64,000 nt of DNA. Source: a virus. Made by a program: the position numbers and the translations under genes. The stretch is from positions 1-64,000 of the IMG/VR virus record IMGVR_UViG_3300050343_000285, one strand, 5' to 3'. Shown piece after piece: positions 26,290 through 37,752 of the stretch (its first letter is position 1; each line of letters starts with the position of its first letter). The notes under the pieces were generated by a model. The model saw only the letters and a program-made list of their open reading frames with translations. It was not told the DNA's origin and searched no databases.

Positions 26290-27100
26290 AAAAAGAGGAC
26301 AGCTTTCTTTAAAGGAAGAAAAGTATATAAGAGATAATGCTACTACTTCTAGTATTGAAGAGATAGCAGAATACTTAAATAGAAATACTACTCCAGTTAA
26401 GAAATATATAGAAAAAAACCAGTTATTACAAACCCCTGCTGAACATGCAGATACTGAGATATTAAGTATGAAATTAAGATCCAAAACCTTTTGGAGTGAG
26501 GTATGTAAACAGTTTGATAGAGAAACTGGAGAATTAGACTATTTCGAAAGTACATGGGTTAATCTTATTAAGCAGTTTAGAGAAGATGTTTTACCAGCAG
26601 AAGAATTACAGATCAAACAGTTTATCACTATAGATATTCTTATTAATAGAAGTATGAAAGAAAGAAAAAGGCATATAGCAGAAACTGAAAAACTACAAAA
26701 GCAAGTTGATTTTGAATATTCTATGCCAGACGTAGATAGGGACACAGCGAAGCTTGCTAATTTAGAAACTCAGCTTAGTTTCGCTAGAAACAGTATTGCT
26801 AGTTATACCAATGAATATACTAAGCTTTTAAGTGAACAGCAAAAAATTAGCAAAGATCTTAAAGCTACTAGAGAACAAAGAATTAAAAGAATTGAAGATG
26901 GTAAAAGTAGTTGGACAGGATTAATTAGAATGTTGGAAGATGAAGAGATTAGAGAGAAAGAAGGTAGACAGCTTGAAATATTAAAGATGGCTACTGATAA
27001 ATCTAAAAATGACTTACAATCTCCACATCAATACCAAGATAATGAATTTGATACACCTATACTAAATGCAGAATCAGTATTAAAGAATCAAGATGAATAA
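26282..27100 (+). CDS. helical protein, candidate terminase small subunit
   Basis: N-terminal HTH-like segment, coiled coil, position upstream of TerL (inference). Confidence 0.45.
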   Translation: MNKKRGQLSLKEEKYIRDNATTSSIEEIAEYLNRNTTPVKKYIEKNQLLQTPAEHADTEILSMKLRSKTFWSEVCKQFDRETGELDYFESTWVNLIKQFREDVLPAEELQIKQFITIDILINRSMKERKRHIAETEKLQKQVDFEYSMPDVDRDTAKLANLETQLSFARNSIASYTNEYTKLLSEQQKISKDLKATREQRIKRIEDGKSSWTGLIRMLEDEEIREKEGRQLEILKMATDKSKNDLQSPHQYQDNEFDTPILNAESVLKNQDE

Positions 27101-27359
27101 AAGACTATACGATAAACAATATAAGGACTGGATTAAAAAAGTTTTTGCAAGAGACAAGTTTAAGTGTCAGTGGCCAGAATGTAAAAAACACAGAGGGCGA
27201 TTAAATGCTCATCATATTAAAAAGTGGGCAGATTATCCAGGTTTAAGATTACATCCTGATAATGGAATTACTTTATGTAAATATCATCATGATCTTATAA
27301 AAAGCAATGAAGAAAATTATGAAATGATGTTTTTTAAGATTGTAGCAGGTAAAAAATGA
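27093..27359 (+). CDS. HNH endonuclease
   Basis: RDKFKCQWPEC...LNAHHI...NGITLCKYHH. Confidence 0.85.
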   Translation: MNKRLYDKQYKDWIKKVFARDKFKCQWPECKKHRGRLNAHHIKKWADYPGLRLHPDNGITLCKYHHDLIKSNEENYEMMFFKIVAGKK

Positions 27360-27988
27360 TAGTATTACATGATTATAAGATATGTTTTTTACGAAAACCT
27401 AAATGTGGCAGTACTTCTCTAGAAAAAGCTATCAGAAAATCGAATGTTAATTTACATTCTAAAATTTTCTATAGTACTAAAACTTTAGTAGATTGTGGAT
27501 GGAATCATCATCATTTTAATTGGGTTCATTCAAATTTAGATAGTGCGATTGTCTTTTTACAACAAAAACATAAACAAAATATAGATGATTGGACTTTCAT
27601 AGTTACTACTAGAGAACCAATTGATATGTTTAAAAGCTTATATTTTTTTGATATTCGTAGACAAAATCTTCTTCTACATGGAAGAAATATTTGGCATCAA
27701 TTTAGTTGCGCCCAGAGCATGATGAAAACAGTTCATTACAAAATGCTAACAGATAAAGTATTTTTTAATAATCATCAAGAAGTTAATTTAAAATTATTTA
27801 AACTAGAAGATATCTCTTCTTTAGAAAAGTATCTACACTCTAAATTTAATATAGATATTGATTTTCCTCAAGATAATGTTAATCAAGCTAGACTAATAAA
27901 TAAAGATATAGATATTTCTCACTTAGAATCACAAATTTATAAAGATTTTTACCTATATACCAAATTTTACAATATAGATGTCCAATAA
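27356..27988 (+). CDS. sulfotransferase-family-like protein
   Basis: FLRKPKCGSTS (5'-PSB-like) and TTREPID (3'-PB-like). Confidence 0.65.
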   Translation: MIVLHDYKICFLRKPKCGSTSLEKAIRKSNVNLHSKIFYSTKTLVDCGWNHHHFNWVHSNLDSAIVFLQQKHKQNIDDWTFIVTTREPIDMFKSLYFFDIRRQNLLLHGRNIWHQFSCAQSMMKTVHYKMLTDKVFFNNHQEVNLKLFKLEDISSLEKYLHSKFNIDIDFPQDNVNQARLINKDIDISHLESQIYKDFYLYTKFYNIDVQ

Positions 27989-28655
27989 CTTATACTTATA
28001 TAATTTAATTTTTAACTCTGAATTTTGTAATTACACTCCAGAATGTTCTTGTATTTTAGGTATGGAGCCATCTTTAGCATTATATCTCTTTAACTATTCT
28101 AAGAATTTATTTTTTAGTTATCCAAGAAGCTTTACTAAGAATTCTTTAGTAATTAATAATTATAAATTCTTTAATACCTGTATTTACTTAAGCAAAACAC
28201 ATCCTCAAGTATCTAAATTTTCTTTTAATTATAAAAATATTAATTTTAAATACTTAGAAGACTATAATGTGAACATTCGCTATATTGATTATGTTAATAA
28301 GTATGACAAAGTTTATCTAAATAATCCTCCAGAGTTTTTAGAATATAATGGTATAGGTTATTATTTACCTAAAGTAGAAGATGTCATAGGCTATTGTTTG
28401 TATCTGTATAGTAAATCCTTTAATCTTAATTATTTAACAGATGCTTGTGTTATAGGCTCTATTTATATAAATAGAATAGTAAAGAATAATATATTGACTA
28501 ATTTATTGATAGCAGGGTGTAATATAAAAAAGGTTTTCTCTAAAGCTTTAAGAGATTTTAATAAACTTAAATTTTTAGATATGGATTTCGAAATATCGCA
28601 AAATATTATAGAACAAAGAATGTTACCCGTATTGAATTTTTGCCATGACTCATAA
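27978..28655 (+). CDS. hypothetical protein (very AT-rich, Y/N-rich)
   Basis: Coupled ORF. Confidence 0.55.
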   Translation: MSNNLYLYNLIFNSEFCNYTPECSCILGMEPSLALYLFNYSKNLFFSYPRSFTKNSLVINNYKFFNTCIYLSKTHPQVSKFSFNYKNINFKYLEDYNVNIRYIDYVNKYDKVYLNNPPEFLEYNGIGYYLPKVEDVIGYCLYLYSKSFNLNYLTDACVIGSIYINRIVKNNILTNLLIAGCNIKKVFSKALRDFNKLKFLDMDFEISQNIIEQRMLPVLNFCHDS

Positions 28656-29121
28656 ACCAGATAAGAAATATAGTTTTAACATTATTATAGATACCAGAGA
28701 ACAAAAACCTTGGGCTTTTGCTGGTTGTGATACTATTAATAGAAAGCTAGATACAGGAGATTATAGTATTGAGGGGTTAGAAGAGCTTTTATGCATAGAG
28801 AGAAAAAATAGCGTAAGCGAAATAGCTAATAATATTTCTGAGGCTAGATTTAAAGCTGAGATACTTAGAATGAATGATTACTTATATAAGTTTATATTAC
28901 TAGAGTTTAGTTTACAGGATGTTTTAAAATACCCTATTGGTTCTAATGTTCCTAGACATATGTGGTCTAAAATTAAAATTAGACCTGCTTACATATTAAA
29001 GTACTTAACAGAACTACAAATTAAACATAATATAAATGTAGTATTTTGTGATAACCCAGAAGCTGCTAACCAAATGGCTTTTTCTATTTTTAAGAGAGTG
29101 AACGAATTACATGGTAAGTAA
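28645..29121 (+). CDS. ERCC4/XPF-type nuclease domain protein
   Basis: IIIDTREQ...KLDTGDY...CIERK. Confidence 0.85.
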   Translation: MTHKPDKKYSFNIIIDTREQKPWAFAGCDTINRKLDTGDYSIEGLEELLCIERKNSVSEIANNISEARFKAEILRMNDYLYKFILLEFSLQDVLKYPIGSNVPRHMWSKIKIRPAYILKYLTELQIKHNINVVFCDNPEAANQMAFSIFKRVNELHGK

Positions 29122-31142
29122 CAGCTATTTAGATAACGCATGGTTAAATATAGGCGATATAGATAAGATCAACATAGATAAAAATGTTATGATCAATCGC
29201 TCTGAAACAGATATAGAGAATCCAGATAGACATTTAGTTAATATAATTAAAGACCCAGCTAATTTTTCCATGACTGCAAAACTTTTAATGGATATAGAAT
29301 TGCATCCCATTCAAGCAGCTATTTTAGAGGAATTTTGGGATAGGCCATTCCCAATGTTTATTGCTAGTCGTGGATTTGGTAAATCTTTCTTACTTGAGTC
29401 TATATTGCATACTTTAAAATGCATTTTTGTTCCTGGTAGTAAGATCGTTGTAGTTGGTGCTGCTTTCAGACAGAGTAAAATTATTTTTGAATACATGGAA
29501 AATATGTGGCGCACTAGCCCTATAATACGTAGTATTTTTAATGGTAATGACGATGGTCCTAGAAGAGATGTAGATAGATGTACTATGCGATTATGGAGAT
29601 AGTTGGACTATTGCTATCCCTCTTGGTGATGGTAGTAAGATTAGAGGCTTAAGAGCTCATATTATTATTGCTGATGAATTTGCGTCTATTTCTCCAGATA
29701 GTATATGAGACTGTTGTATGCTGGTTTTGCTGCTGTGTCTGCTAGATCCTATGGGTAATGTTAAAGCAGAAGCTAAAAAAGAACTAATGAAAGAACTTGG
29801 CATTTGGAACGAAGAGCTAGAGTCTTTACAATATCGGAAAAGTAATCAAGCTATCATTGCAGGTACTGCTGATTATAGTTTCAAACACTTCGCTCGGTAT
29901 TGGGAGAGATATAGATCTATTATACATAGTAAAGGAGATAAGGAAAAGTTAGGTAAAATATTCCAAGGAGAAGTCCCTAATAATTTTAATTGGCAAGATT
30001 ATAGCGTTGTTAGAGTTCCATATGAATTAATACCTAAAGGCTTTATGGATGATAGACAGGTTGCTAGAGCAAGAGCTACGATACATAGTGGTATTTACAA
30101 TATGGAATATGCAGCTTGTTTTACTAAAGATAGTAGTGGATTTTTTCGTAGAAGCTTAGTTGAGAGTTGTGTAGCTAATGTTAAAAACCCTATTATTATT
30201 AATGAAGAACCTATGATTTTTGATGCTAGGGTAAAGGGAGATCCTGATAAAAAATATGTTTATGGTATTGACCCAGCGAGCGAACAGGATAACTTTTGTA
30301 TAGTAGTTATAGAATTACACCCTAATCATTCGAGAATAGTATATGTCTGGACTACCAACAGAACTAATTTTAAGAAGAGACAAAAAACAGGATTAGTAGA
30401 AGAGAATGATTTTTATGGCTTTTGCGCTAGAAAAATTAGAGAATTAATGACTGTATTTCCATGCGAAAGAATAGGCATTGACGCACAGGGAGGCGGTATA
30501 GCTATTGAGGAAGCTTTACACGATAATAATAAGCTAAAGGAAAATGAAGTTCCTATATGGCCTATTATAGATGGAAAAAAGCATAAAGATAGTGATGATA
30601 AACCAGGATTACATATTTTAGAGTTAGTGCAATTTGCTAGATCTGATTGGACCAGTCATGCTAATCATGGACTTAGAAAAGATTTCGAAGATAAAGTCTT
30701 ACTATTTCCATCATTTGATAATCTAACACTAGGTTTAGCTATGGAGAAAGATGCTCAGAATGTTATGGAAACTGATCTAGAGAATGTTTATGATACTCTA
30801 GGAGAGTGTATTTTAGAAATAGAAGAACTAAAAAACGAACTAACAACTATAGTAATGAGTCAAACTAGCAATAGTTCTGGAGCTAGAGAAAAATGGGATA
30901 CCCCAGATAATAAGGGAGCAGGAGCCAAAAGAGGTAAATTAAGGAAAGATAGATACAGCTCACTAGTTATAGCCAATTCTATAGCTAGATCTATTAGCAG
31001 AGCAGACGCTCCTGTTGAGTATGATGTTATCGGAGGTGTAGATGGTAGATATAAAGACGATAAAGAAAGTCTCTATAAAGGTCCAGCATGGTTTACAAAT
31101 GATGCTAATAATGATATATATCTTGGTATTTACAAAAAATAG
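29111..31142 (+). CDS. terL: terminase large subunit (broken by several 1-nt insertions at ~29.6-29.75 kb)
   Basis: Walker A SRGFGKS; restored frame IRGLRAHIIIADEF (Walker B); nuclease YGIDPASEQDNF...IGIDAQGGG...KDRYSSL. Confidence 0.9.
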
Positions 31143-31200
31143 TGTATAATAATAGAGTCTTCCATAATCATTAGAATTGCAATAGAAATACAATAGAATT

Positions 31201-33390
31201 ATGTCCAAAAAATATCCGAAAAGTGATGCTATAGAAAACGCAGAGATCGAAAAAGAAGAACTATACGTAACATGGGGAGAAGATTTAAAATCTAAACAAC
31301 AAGCTCTAGAAGAATCTTCTAAGTCTATCAGTGAGTTTGAAGGGATACATAAAACCACTGGTTATGCTAGATATAATAGGGATTTTTCTAATTTATCAGA
31401 CAATACTTCTGGTAGGCCAGGACTAACCAGATCTGATTATGATTATTTTAGACCTAACGAGGCAGTGCCCGTTAAGCTAAAAAATATTATTAAGACAGCA
31501 GATACTATATATCAAAGAGTTGGTCTTGTTAAGAATGTTATTGATTTAATGGGGGATTTTGGTTCCCAAGGAATTAGACTGTCTCACAGAAATAAAAGAA
31601 TAGAAAGATTTTATAGAAATTGGTTTAGAAAAGTTAATGGTTTAGATAGAAGTGAAAGATTTCTTAATAATTTATACAGAGTTGGCAATGTTGTTATCAA
31701 TAAGCAGACAGCTAAAATTAACAAAAAAATATCTGATGAATTATACAAGGCGAATGCTAAAGCTGATATAGACCCATCTTTAGAAGAAATTAAAGTTGAA
31801 AGAAAAGAGATTCCGTGGAGATATACTTTTATAGATCCTTTTTATGTTGATGTTTTGGGAGAGAGTTTGTCTTCTTTTGTTGGTAAAAAACAATATGCTA
31901 TATCAATGCCTTCTCAATTAAGGAAAACAATTAATAGCCCTAAGAATAGTGTTGAGAAACAAATAGTTGCAGAATTACCAGAAACTATTTTATTAGCAGC
32001 TAAAAATAAAACACTATACCCTTTAGAAGTTGAAAAAACTTTAGTATTCCATTATAAAAAAGATGACTGGCAAAATTGGGCTTATCCTATGATATATGCT
32101 ATCATGGATGATATTAATATTATTGAAAAACTTAAACTTGCAGATTTAGCAGCCTTAGATGGCGCTATTTCTAATATTAGAATTTTTAAGTTAGGTAATT
32201 TAGAGCATAAGATTGCACCAACAAAAGCGGCAGCAGCAAAGTTATCAAATATTTTACAAAATAATGTTGGTGGTGGCACTATGGATTTAATTTGGGGTCC
32301 AGACATTGAATTATTAGAAAGTAAAACTAATGTTCATCAATTCTTAGGAGAGGCAAAATATACGCCACATCTAAATAGTGTTTATGCTGGTCTTGGCATC
32401 CCCCCTACTCTTACGGGTACATATGGAGCTGCTGGAACTACTAATAATTTCATTAGTTTAAAAACATTAACTCAAAGATTAGAGTATGGAAGACAAGTCT
32501 TAATGCAGTTTTGGCAGCAAGAAATTTATGCAGTTCAAAAAGCTATGGGTTTCAGATATCCAGCCAAAATAGAATTTGACAGGATGGACCTTAGTAATGA
32601 AGAAGCAGAAAAAGCCTTATTAATACAACTTGCTGACAGAAACTTAGTTAGTGAGGAATTAATACAAACTAGATTTGGTCTTGATTCTGATATGGAGCAA
32701 AGTAGAATTAGCAGAGAAAGCAAGGAAAGAAAGTCTAATAAGAGACCTACTAAGTCTGGACCATATCATGACGCAGAATTCCTAAACAGTCTGAAAAAAA
32801 TAGCTTTACAGGCTGGAATGGCTACTCCTAGCGAGGTGGGCTTAGATCTTAATAAAAAGAAACGAGGAGAAAAAAATCTTTATGAACTAAAAAATAACAC
32901 AGAAAAGACTAACACAACGAAGTTGGTTAAAGATTCTCCGGAATCTTTACCTGGCGTCCCTGGAGAAGGCCGTCCAAAAATGTCAAAAGATACTGATAAA
33001 CGAAAAACTAAAGAATTTAGACCAAGAACTGGAGCTACTCTAGACATATGGGCGCAAGACGCTCAGGAAAAAATAGCGGGAATAATTAATCCTCTGATAT
33101 TAGAATTTTATGATAAGAAAAATTTGAGATCTTTGTCTAATGGAGAATCTAAAAATTTGGAATTCATAAAAACCCAAGCTTTATTTTCATTAAGTCCTTT
33201 TGCAAAAATTGACTCAGATAAAATTTCTTCTAATATAAAAAATATTTCAAAGAATACCAAAACGTTAATATCGGGGTATGAATACTGGGTAAGATCTATA
33301 TCTAATAATTTACGAAGAAACTTGACAACAGAAGAGCAAAAATTGGTTAAATCTATTTACTACTCATCTATTCACACGGAAGAGAATTAA
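31201..33390 (+). CDS. portal protein
   Basis: 729 aa directly after TerL; late motif at 31142. Confidence 0.8.
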   Translation: MSKKYPKSDAIENAEIEKEELYVTWGEDLKSKQQALEESSKSISEFEGIHKTTGYARYNRDFSNLSDNTSGRPGLTRSDYDYFRPNEAVPVKLKNIIKTADTIYQRVGLVKNVIDLMGDFGSQGIRLSHRNKRIERFYRNWFRKVNGLDRSERFLNNLYRVGNVVINKQTAKINKKISDELYKANAKADIDPSLEEIKVERKEIPWRYTFIDPFYVDVLGESLSSFVGKKQYAISMPSQLRKTINSPKNSVEKQIVAELPETILLAAKNKTLYPLEVEKTLVFHYKKDDWQNWAYPMIYAIMDDINIIEKLKLADLAALDGAISNIRIFKLGNLEHKIAPTKAAAAKLSNILQNNVGGGTMDLIWGPDIELLESKTNVHQFLGEAKYTPHLNSVYAGLGIPPTLTGTYGAAGTTNNFISLKTLTQRLEYGRQVLMQFWQQEIYAVQKAMGFRYPAKIEFDRMDLSNEEAEKALLIQLADRNLVSEELIQTRFGLDSDMEQSRISRESKERKSNKRPTKSGPYHDAEFLNSLKKIALQAGMATPSEVGLDLNKKKRGEKNLYELKNNTEKTNTTKLVKDSPESLPGVPGEGRPKMSKDTDKRKTKEFRPRTGATLDIWAQDAQEKIAGIINPLILEFYDKKNLRSLSNGESKNLEFIKTQALFSLSPFAKIDSDKISSNIKNISKNTKTLISGYEYWVRSISNNLRRNLTTEEQKLVKSIYYSSIHTEEN

Positions 33391-33392
33391 TT

Positions 33393-35105
33393 ATGCAAAT
33401 TTATCAACAAGAATGGGATGATGGTGTCGCTGAAAAAGTGATGGCTAATGCGTCTGTAGCATATGTCACTAAAATTCAACCAACTACTGTATCAAATATT
33501 AATATAGCAAAAGCTAGTCTTGATACGGAGATTGAAAAAGTTTTAGAGAATATCTCTGATCCAGATGGTAAATCTTTAGCCTCGGTCGACGATGACGACT
33601 TGTATTATGTGCAGTCTATTCTTGTCTCTTCTTCATGGAATCGTAATGATGACATCTTTGATAAAGCAGAAGTTTGGAAAGCTAAAAATACACCTGAAGA
33701 TAAACCCACAAATTTAGAGCATGATGAAGACCAAATAGTAGGTCATATTATTTCTAATTGGCCTATAGATTCTGAAGGCAATAAAATACCAGAAAATTCA
33801 GACATTTCTGTATTACCAAATAAATTTCATATTGTTACAGGCTCTGTTATATATCGTAATTTTTCTAATCCAGAATTAAGAGAAAGAGCTGCGTCTCTTA
33901 TACAAGACATTGAGGCTGGTAAGAAGTTTGTCAGTATGGAGTGTTATTTTAATAATTTTGATTATGGATTATTAAATGCAGAAACTGGAGAATATAAGAT
34001 TTTAGCTAGAAATAATAATACATCTTATTTAACAAAATTCTTGAGGTCTTATGGTGGTATTGGTGAATATGATAATCATAAAATTGGCAGGGTGTTAAGG
34101 AATATTAGCTTTTCTGGAAAGGGTTTTGTAGACAAGCCTGCGAATCCAGAGAGTATTATTTTTGATAAAGACACCACTGATAAAATTTTTCTTAAAAAAG
34201 ATGATAACCTTTTAGCCAATAATAGTGTATTTAATATCCAAGCGTCCTTTAACCCGGAGAATGATAATATGAGTCTAGAAAAAGATGTAAAAGAACTCAC
34301 AGAAAAAGTCGAAGCTATGACCGGCTGTGGCGAAGTTCTTAAAGAAGCTTATAGTCGCGTTAGCGAACTAGAAGCCAAAGTCATGCAACTAGAAGCTACT
34401 ATGAAAGATAAAGAAGAAGAAATGGCTAGAATGTCAGACTCCTCTTCTAAACTCAGTGAATCAGTAGCTGAAAAAGATAAACTTTTAGAAGAACATAAAA
34501 ATAAAATGGAATATGATGTTGCACAGCTTGACGAAGTTAAAGCAAATGAGCTTAAAGAGCTTGCTGTCACTCATGAAGAATCCATTAAAGCTAAAGATTG
34601 CGATCTTGAGGCTTTAAAAACCGAACTTGCTGCTGCTAATGAAGCTATTGAAGCGTATAAAGCAAAAGAAGCTGAACTTGCTAGGCAGGCAATTATTGTT
34701 AGTAGGGTCTCTGAACTTGTCGAGTCTGGTGTTGCTCACGATGTAGCTACTGTTACAGTGAGTAAATTTGAAGATCTAGACGACGAGGCTTTCGCTACTA
34801 TCAAGTCTTTGGTAAGTTCTAATGTCCCTGAGTGGGCTCAGACTAAATCAGAAGAAGTTGCTTCAGAAGAAGTTGCAGAAACTGAAGAAGTTGTAGAGGC
34901 TACTGAAACTGAAGAACAAGAAAGTGAAACAGAAGATTTAGTTGCTGAAGTTGCTGAAGAAGCTTTAGAAACTGCAGAAGCTGAAGAAGCTGTTGATCTT
35001 AGTGTTGGTAGTGATGAAGATTCAGAGATCGATCACACTAGAGCATCATTAGTAGATTTTGTTTATTCTAGACTAGGCAAACAACAGTCCAATAAAGGAG
35101 AATGA
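33393..35105 (+). CDS. prohead protease/scaffold fusion
   Basis: N-terminal NLEH...GH...SMECYF...FSGKGFVDKPANP; C-terminal acidic coiled coil; possible nested start at 34269. Confidence 0.7.
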   Translation: MQIYQQEWDDGVAEKVMANASVAYVTKIQPTTVSNINIAKASLDTEIEKVLENISDPDGKSLASVDDDDLYYVQSILVSSSWNRNDDIFDKAEVWKAKNTPEDKPTNLEHDEDQIVGHIISNWPIDSEGNKIPENSDISVLPNKFHIVTGSVIYRNFSNPELRERAASLIQDIEAGKKFVSMECYFNNFDYGLLNAETGEYKILARNNNTSYLTKFLRSYGGIGEYDNHKIGRVLRNISFSGKGFVDKPANPESIIFDKDTTDKIFLKKDDNLLANNSVFNIQASFNPENDNMSLEKDVKELTEKVEAMTGCGEVLKEAYSRVSELEAKVMQLEATMKDKEEEMARMSDSSSKLSESVAEKDKLLEEHKNKMEYDVAQLDEVKANELKELAVTHEESIKAKDCDLEALKTELAAANEAIEAYKAKEAELARQAIIVSRVSELVESGVAHDVATVTVSKFEDLDDEAFATIKSLVSSNVPEWAQTKSEEVASEEVAETEEVVEATETEEQESETEDLVAEVAEEALETAEAEEAVDLSVGSDEDSEIDHTRASLVDFVYSRLGKQQSNKGE

Positions 35106-35108
35106 AAA

Positions 35109-35570
35109 ATGGCTTTAAAACCAGATCGTGTTGAAAGTTTTACCGATGTATCTTTCTTTATGAACACCACCGGCGATCGTGGCGGTGTTGTAGTATACAA
35201 CGGTAATGGTGGTATCGGTTCATCCATGGATGACGCTGATGCCGTAGTTATCTATCCGACAGGCAGCCCATCAGGTACTGCACCAGCAGGTGTTTTACTA
35301 AATGATGTTGTTAATCTTGATCTTACAAGACAGCACATCAATTATCATAAAGATGAGGTTCAGGCTGGAGGCAAAGTGGCTCTTCTTCGTAGGGGTCAAG
35401 TTACTACTGACAGTCTTACTGCTGGTCAAGCACCAGTGGCTGGAGACGCTGCTTATTATGATGGTGCTGGTGATCTCACCACAGTATCTACAAATAGCGT
35501 TAAAGTTGGTACATTTTTAAGCGGCAAAGATGCCGATGGCTACGTCAAAGTAGATATTAACATTACCTGA
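35109..35570 (+). CDS. putative capsid decoration/cement protein
   Basis: 153-aa Gly-rich beta protein between scaffold and MCP. Confidence 0.6.
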   Translation: MALKPDRVESFTDVSFFMNTTGDRGGVVVYNGNGGIGSSMDDADAVVIYPTGSPSGTAPAGVLLNDVVNLDLTRQHINYHKDEVQAGGKVALLRRGQVTTDSLTAGQAPVAGDAAYYDGAGDLTTVSTNSVKVGTFLSGKDADGYVKVDINIT

Positions 35571-35591
35571 TTAAGAAGGAGATTTATAAAC

Positions 35592-36593
35592 ATGGCTAAT
35601 AAATTTGAACCATCCGCTGAGCTTACTGATCTTCTGATTAGATCAGGTTCGGCAGAAAAAGAGCAGTCTTTAGCTGCAAGTAAAGAGTTTGCAAAAGCTC
35701 TTGAGCTTCCATTGCGTCAAGCTATTCTTAGTGGAGATATTCTCGATAACATCTTTGAGCCAATTCAATTAGCTCCAGGTGCTACTCCAGAATTTCCATT
35801 AGATTTCTTGGCCCCTGGAACAGAGGCTGATTTTGTTGCGTATACTTTACCTAATCATGGTTATGTGCCAGAACGACATGTCGAAGGCGACTATGTCATG
35901 GTTCCAACCTATGATATTGGTGCAAGTATCGATTATCTTTTAAAGTATGCTCGTGACGCCCGTTGGGATGTTGTCGGTCGTGCTATGGAAGTTCTCGAAG
36001 CGCAGTTTACCAAGAAAATGAATGATGATGGATGGCACACCTTGCTTGCTGCTGGTGTTGACAGAAACATCGTTGTTTTTGATAGTGACGCTGATGCTGG
36101 TCAGTTTACTAAGAGACTTGTTTCTCTCATGAAAACTGTCATGCGTCGTAATGGTGGTGGCAACTCTGCTAGCAATAACAGAGGTATCCTCACCGATCTT
36201 TATGTTTCGCCAGAAGGTATGGAAGACATCAGAAACTGGGGCGTAGATCAAGTTGACGAAATTACTCGTCGTGAAATCTACACCGCTGCTGATGGCAATG
36301 TAAACCGTGTCTTTGGTGTTAACCTTCATGATGTTGATGAGCTTGGCGAAGGTCAAGAATATCAAGAGTTTTATGATAATGTTCTTTCTGGAACAATGGA
36401 TGCTGGCGACAGTGAAATTGTTGTTGGTCTCGATCTTCGTAAGAGAGACTCATTTATCATGCCGGTTCGTCAAGAAGTTCAGATTTTTGAAGACGATACA
36501 TTACATCGTCAGAAGAGAGCTGGTTTCTATGGATGGGCTGAGCAAGGGTTTGCTGTTCTAGATAATAGAAGAGTGCTTCTTGGTTCTCTCTAA
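35592..36593 (+). CDS. major capsid protein
   Basis: 333 aa; position; AAGGAG SD; followed by a strong terminator. Confidence 0.85.
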   Translation: MANKFEPSAELTDLLIRSGSAEKEQSLAASKEFAKALELPLRQAILSGDILDNIFEPIQLAPGATPEFPLDFLAPGTEADFVAYTLPNHGYVPERHVEGDYVMVPTYDIGASIDYLLKYARDARWDVVGRAMEVLEAQFTKKMNDDGWHTLLAAGVDRNIVVFDSDADAGQFTKRLVSLMKTVMRRNGGGNSASNNRGILTDLYVSPEGMEDIRNWGVDQVDEITRREIYTAADGNVNRVFGVNLHDVDELGEGQEYQEFYDNVLSGTMDAGDSEIVVGLDLRKRDSFIMPVRQEVQIFEDDTLHRQKRAGFYGWAEQGFAVLDNRRVLLGSL

Positions 36594-36617
36594 GATTTAA
36601 GCTTATATTGCTTAATA

Positions 36618-36652
36618 AAGGTAGCCACCTCTTTTGGGGTGGCTATTTTTTT
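36618..36652 (+). terminator. intrinsic terminator after MCP
   Basis: TAGCCACC-TCTTTTG-GGGTGGCTA followed by TTTTTT. Confidence 0.85.
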
Positions 36653-36718
36653 ATATACATGCAGTCTATAATGGGGTATATAAATATAGTTAGTCCACTA
36701 TTATCATAAGAGGTTATT

Positions 36719-37255
36719 ATGTCAGCAGAAATTAGAACTATTGTACGTGCCTTGATTAATGACCCAGCTCCACCAGATGCTAATAATGTATATAGCGACA
36801 CAAAAATAAACGATCTCATATCTGTTGCTGCTAGGTATGTTGTTATTGATCTAAATTTAGATCAGGAATATAAAATTGATGTTGTAACAAATACAATAAC
36901 GCCAGATCCTACTGGGGTAAACACAAGAGATGAAACATTCATTAGTTTTGTAGCATTAAGGGCATCTTGCTTTTTAGATCAAAGCACCTACAGAACTAGA
37001 GCTGCTACTGAAGGTATTAAAGCAGGATTAGGACCAGCTCAACTTAATGTATCTGGCAATTTATCTGGATATAAAAATATTATTGATATTGGTCCTTGTG
37101 GAGTTTACGAATATCTTAAACAACAGCATAATATAGGTAATGCTACTGCGATTAGTGCTGTGCTTAGTCCGTTTGCTGGCAATAATTTTGATCCTAGATT
37201 TTTGTTCGTTGCTGATTTACCAGCCCGTAGTACTCGTGATGGATTTTATACATAA
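36719..37255 (+). CDS. putative head-tail adaptor
   Basis: Synteny; helical 178 aa. Confidence 0.55.
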   Translation: MSAEIRTIVRALINDPAPPDANNVYSDTKINDLISVAARYVVIDLNLDQEYKIDVVTNTITPDPTGVNTRDETFISFVALRASCFLDQSTYRTRAATEGIKAGLGPAQLNVSGNLSGYKNIIDIGPCGVYEYLKQQHNIGNATAISAVLSPFAGNNFDPRFLFVADLPARSTRDGFYT

Positions 37256-37752
37256 TGGATTTGACACCACTTAAGACTTTATATAATCAACAAATAGACA
37301 TTATCTTAGCGGATACTGGGCTAACCATACCGTGTAATTTAATATACGAAACTACAAAATTAACTCAATGTCCTAATTGTGTTTATGATAGTATTAGTAA
37401 AAAATCTGCTAATATATATAATGGTACAGGACCTATTTCTTTCGTTAATGGACAAACTTGCCCTTTTTGTTTAGGTTCCGGTTTGACTAACTCCTCCGTA
37501 GCAGAAGACGCTGTACATTTCGCTGTTTTAACAGATAGTAAGAATTTTGTAGGAGCTGTTAATGCACCGAATATTGATGCTCAAACTATATGCAATATTA
37601 GCTATTTAGATAACATTAAAAAGTGTTCTAAAATTGTTTTTAACACAGATATACCTAGTTTAACTAATAATATATTTATTAGAGCTAACGAGCCTGCACC
37701 GGTTGGTCTTGGTGATAGTAGATATATTTTTACTAATTGGAAAAGAACATAA
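37255..37752 (+). CDS. putative head closure/neck protein with CPNC...CPFC zinc motif
   Basis: Synteny. Confidence 0.55.
   Translation: MDLTPLKTLYNQQIDIILADTGLTIPCNLIYETTKLTQCPNCVYDSISKKSANIYNGTGPISFVNGQTCPFCLGSGLTNSSVAEDAVHFAVLTDSKNFVGAVNAPNIDAQTICNISYLDNIKKCSKIVFNTDIPSLTNNIFIRANEPAPVGLGDSRYIFTNWKRT

Noticed and set aside
29390-29750. Terminase pseudogene, intron or programmed frameshift
   Set aside because: Removing four single bases (~29596, 29701, 29719, 29744) restores a continuous TerL with Walker B; there is no slippery heptamer or intron-sized insert, so a local consensus error is most likely
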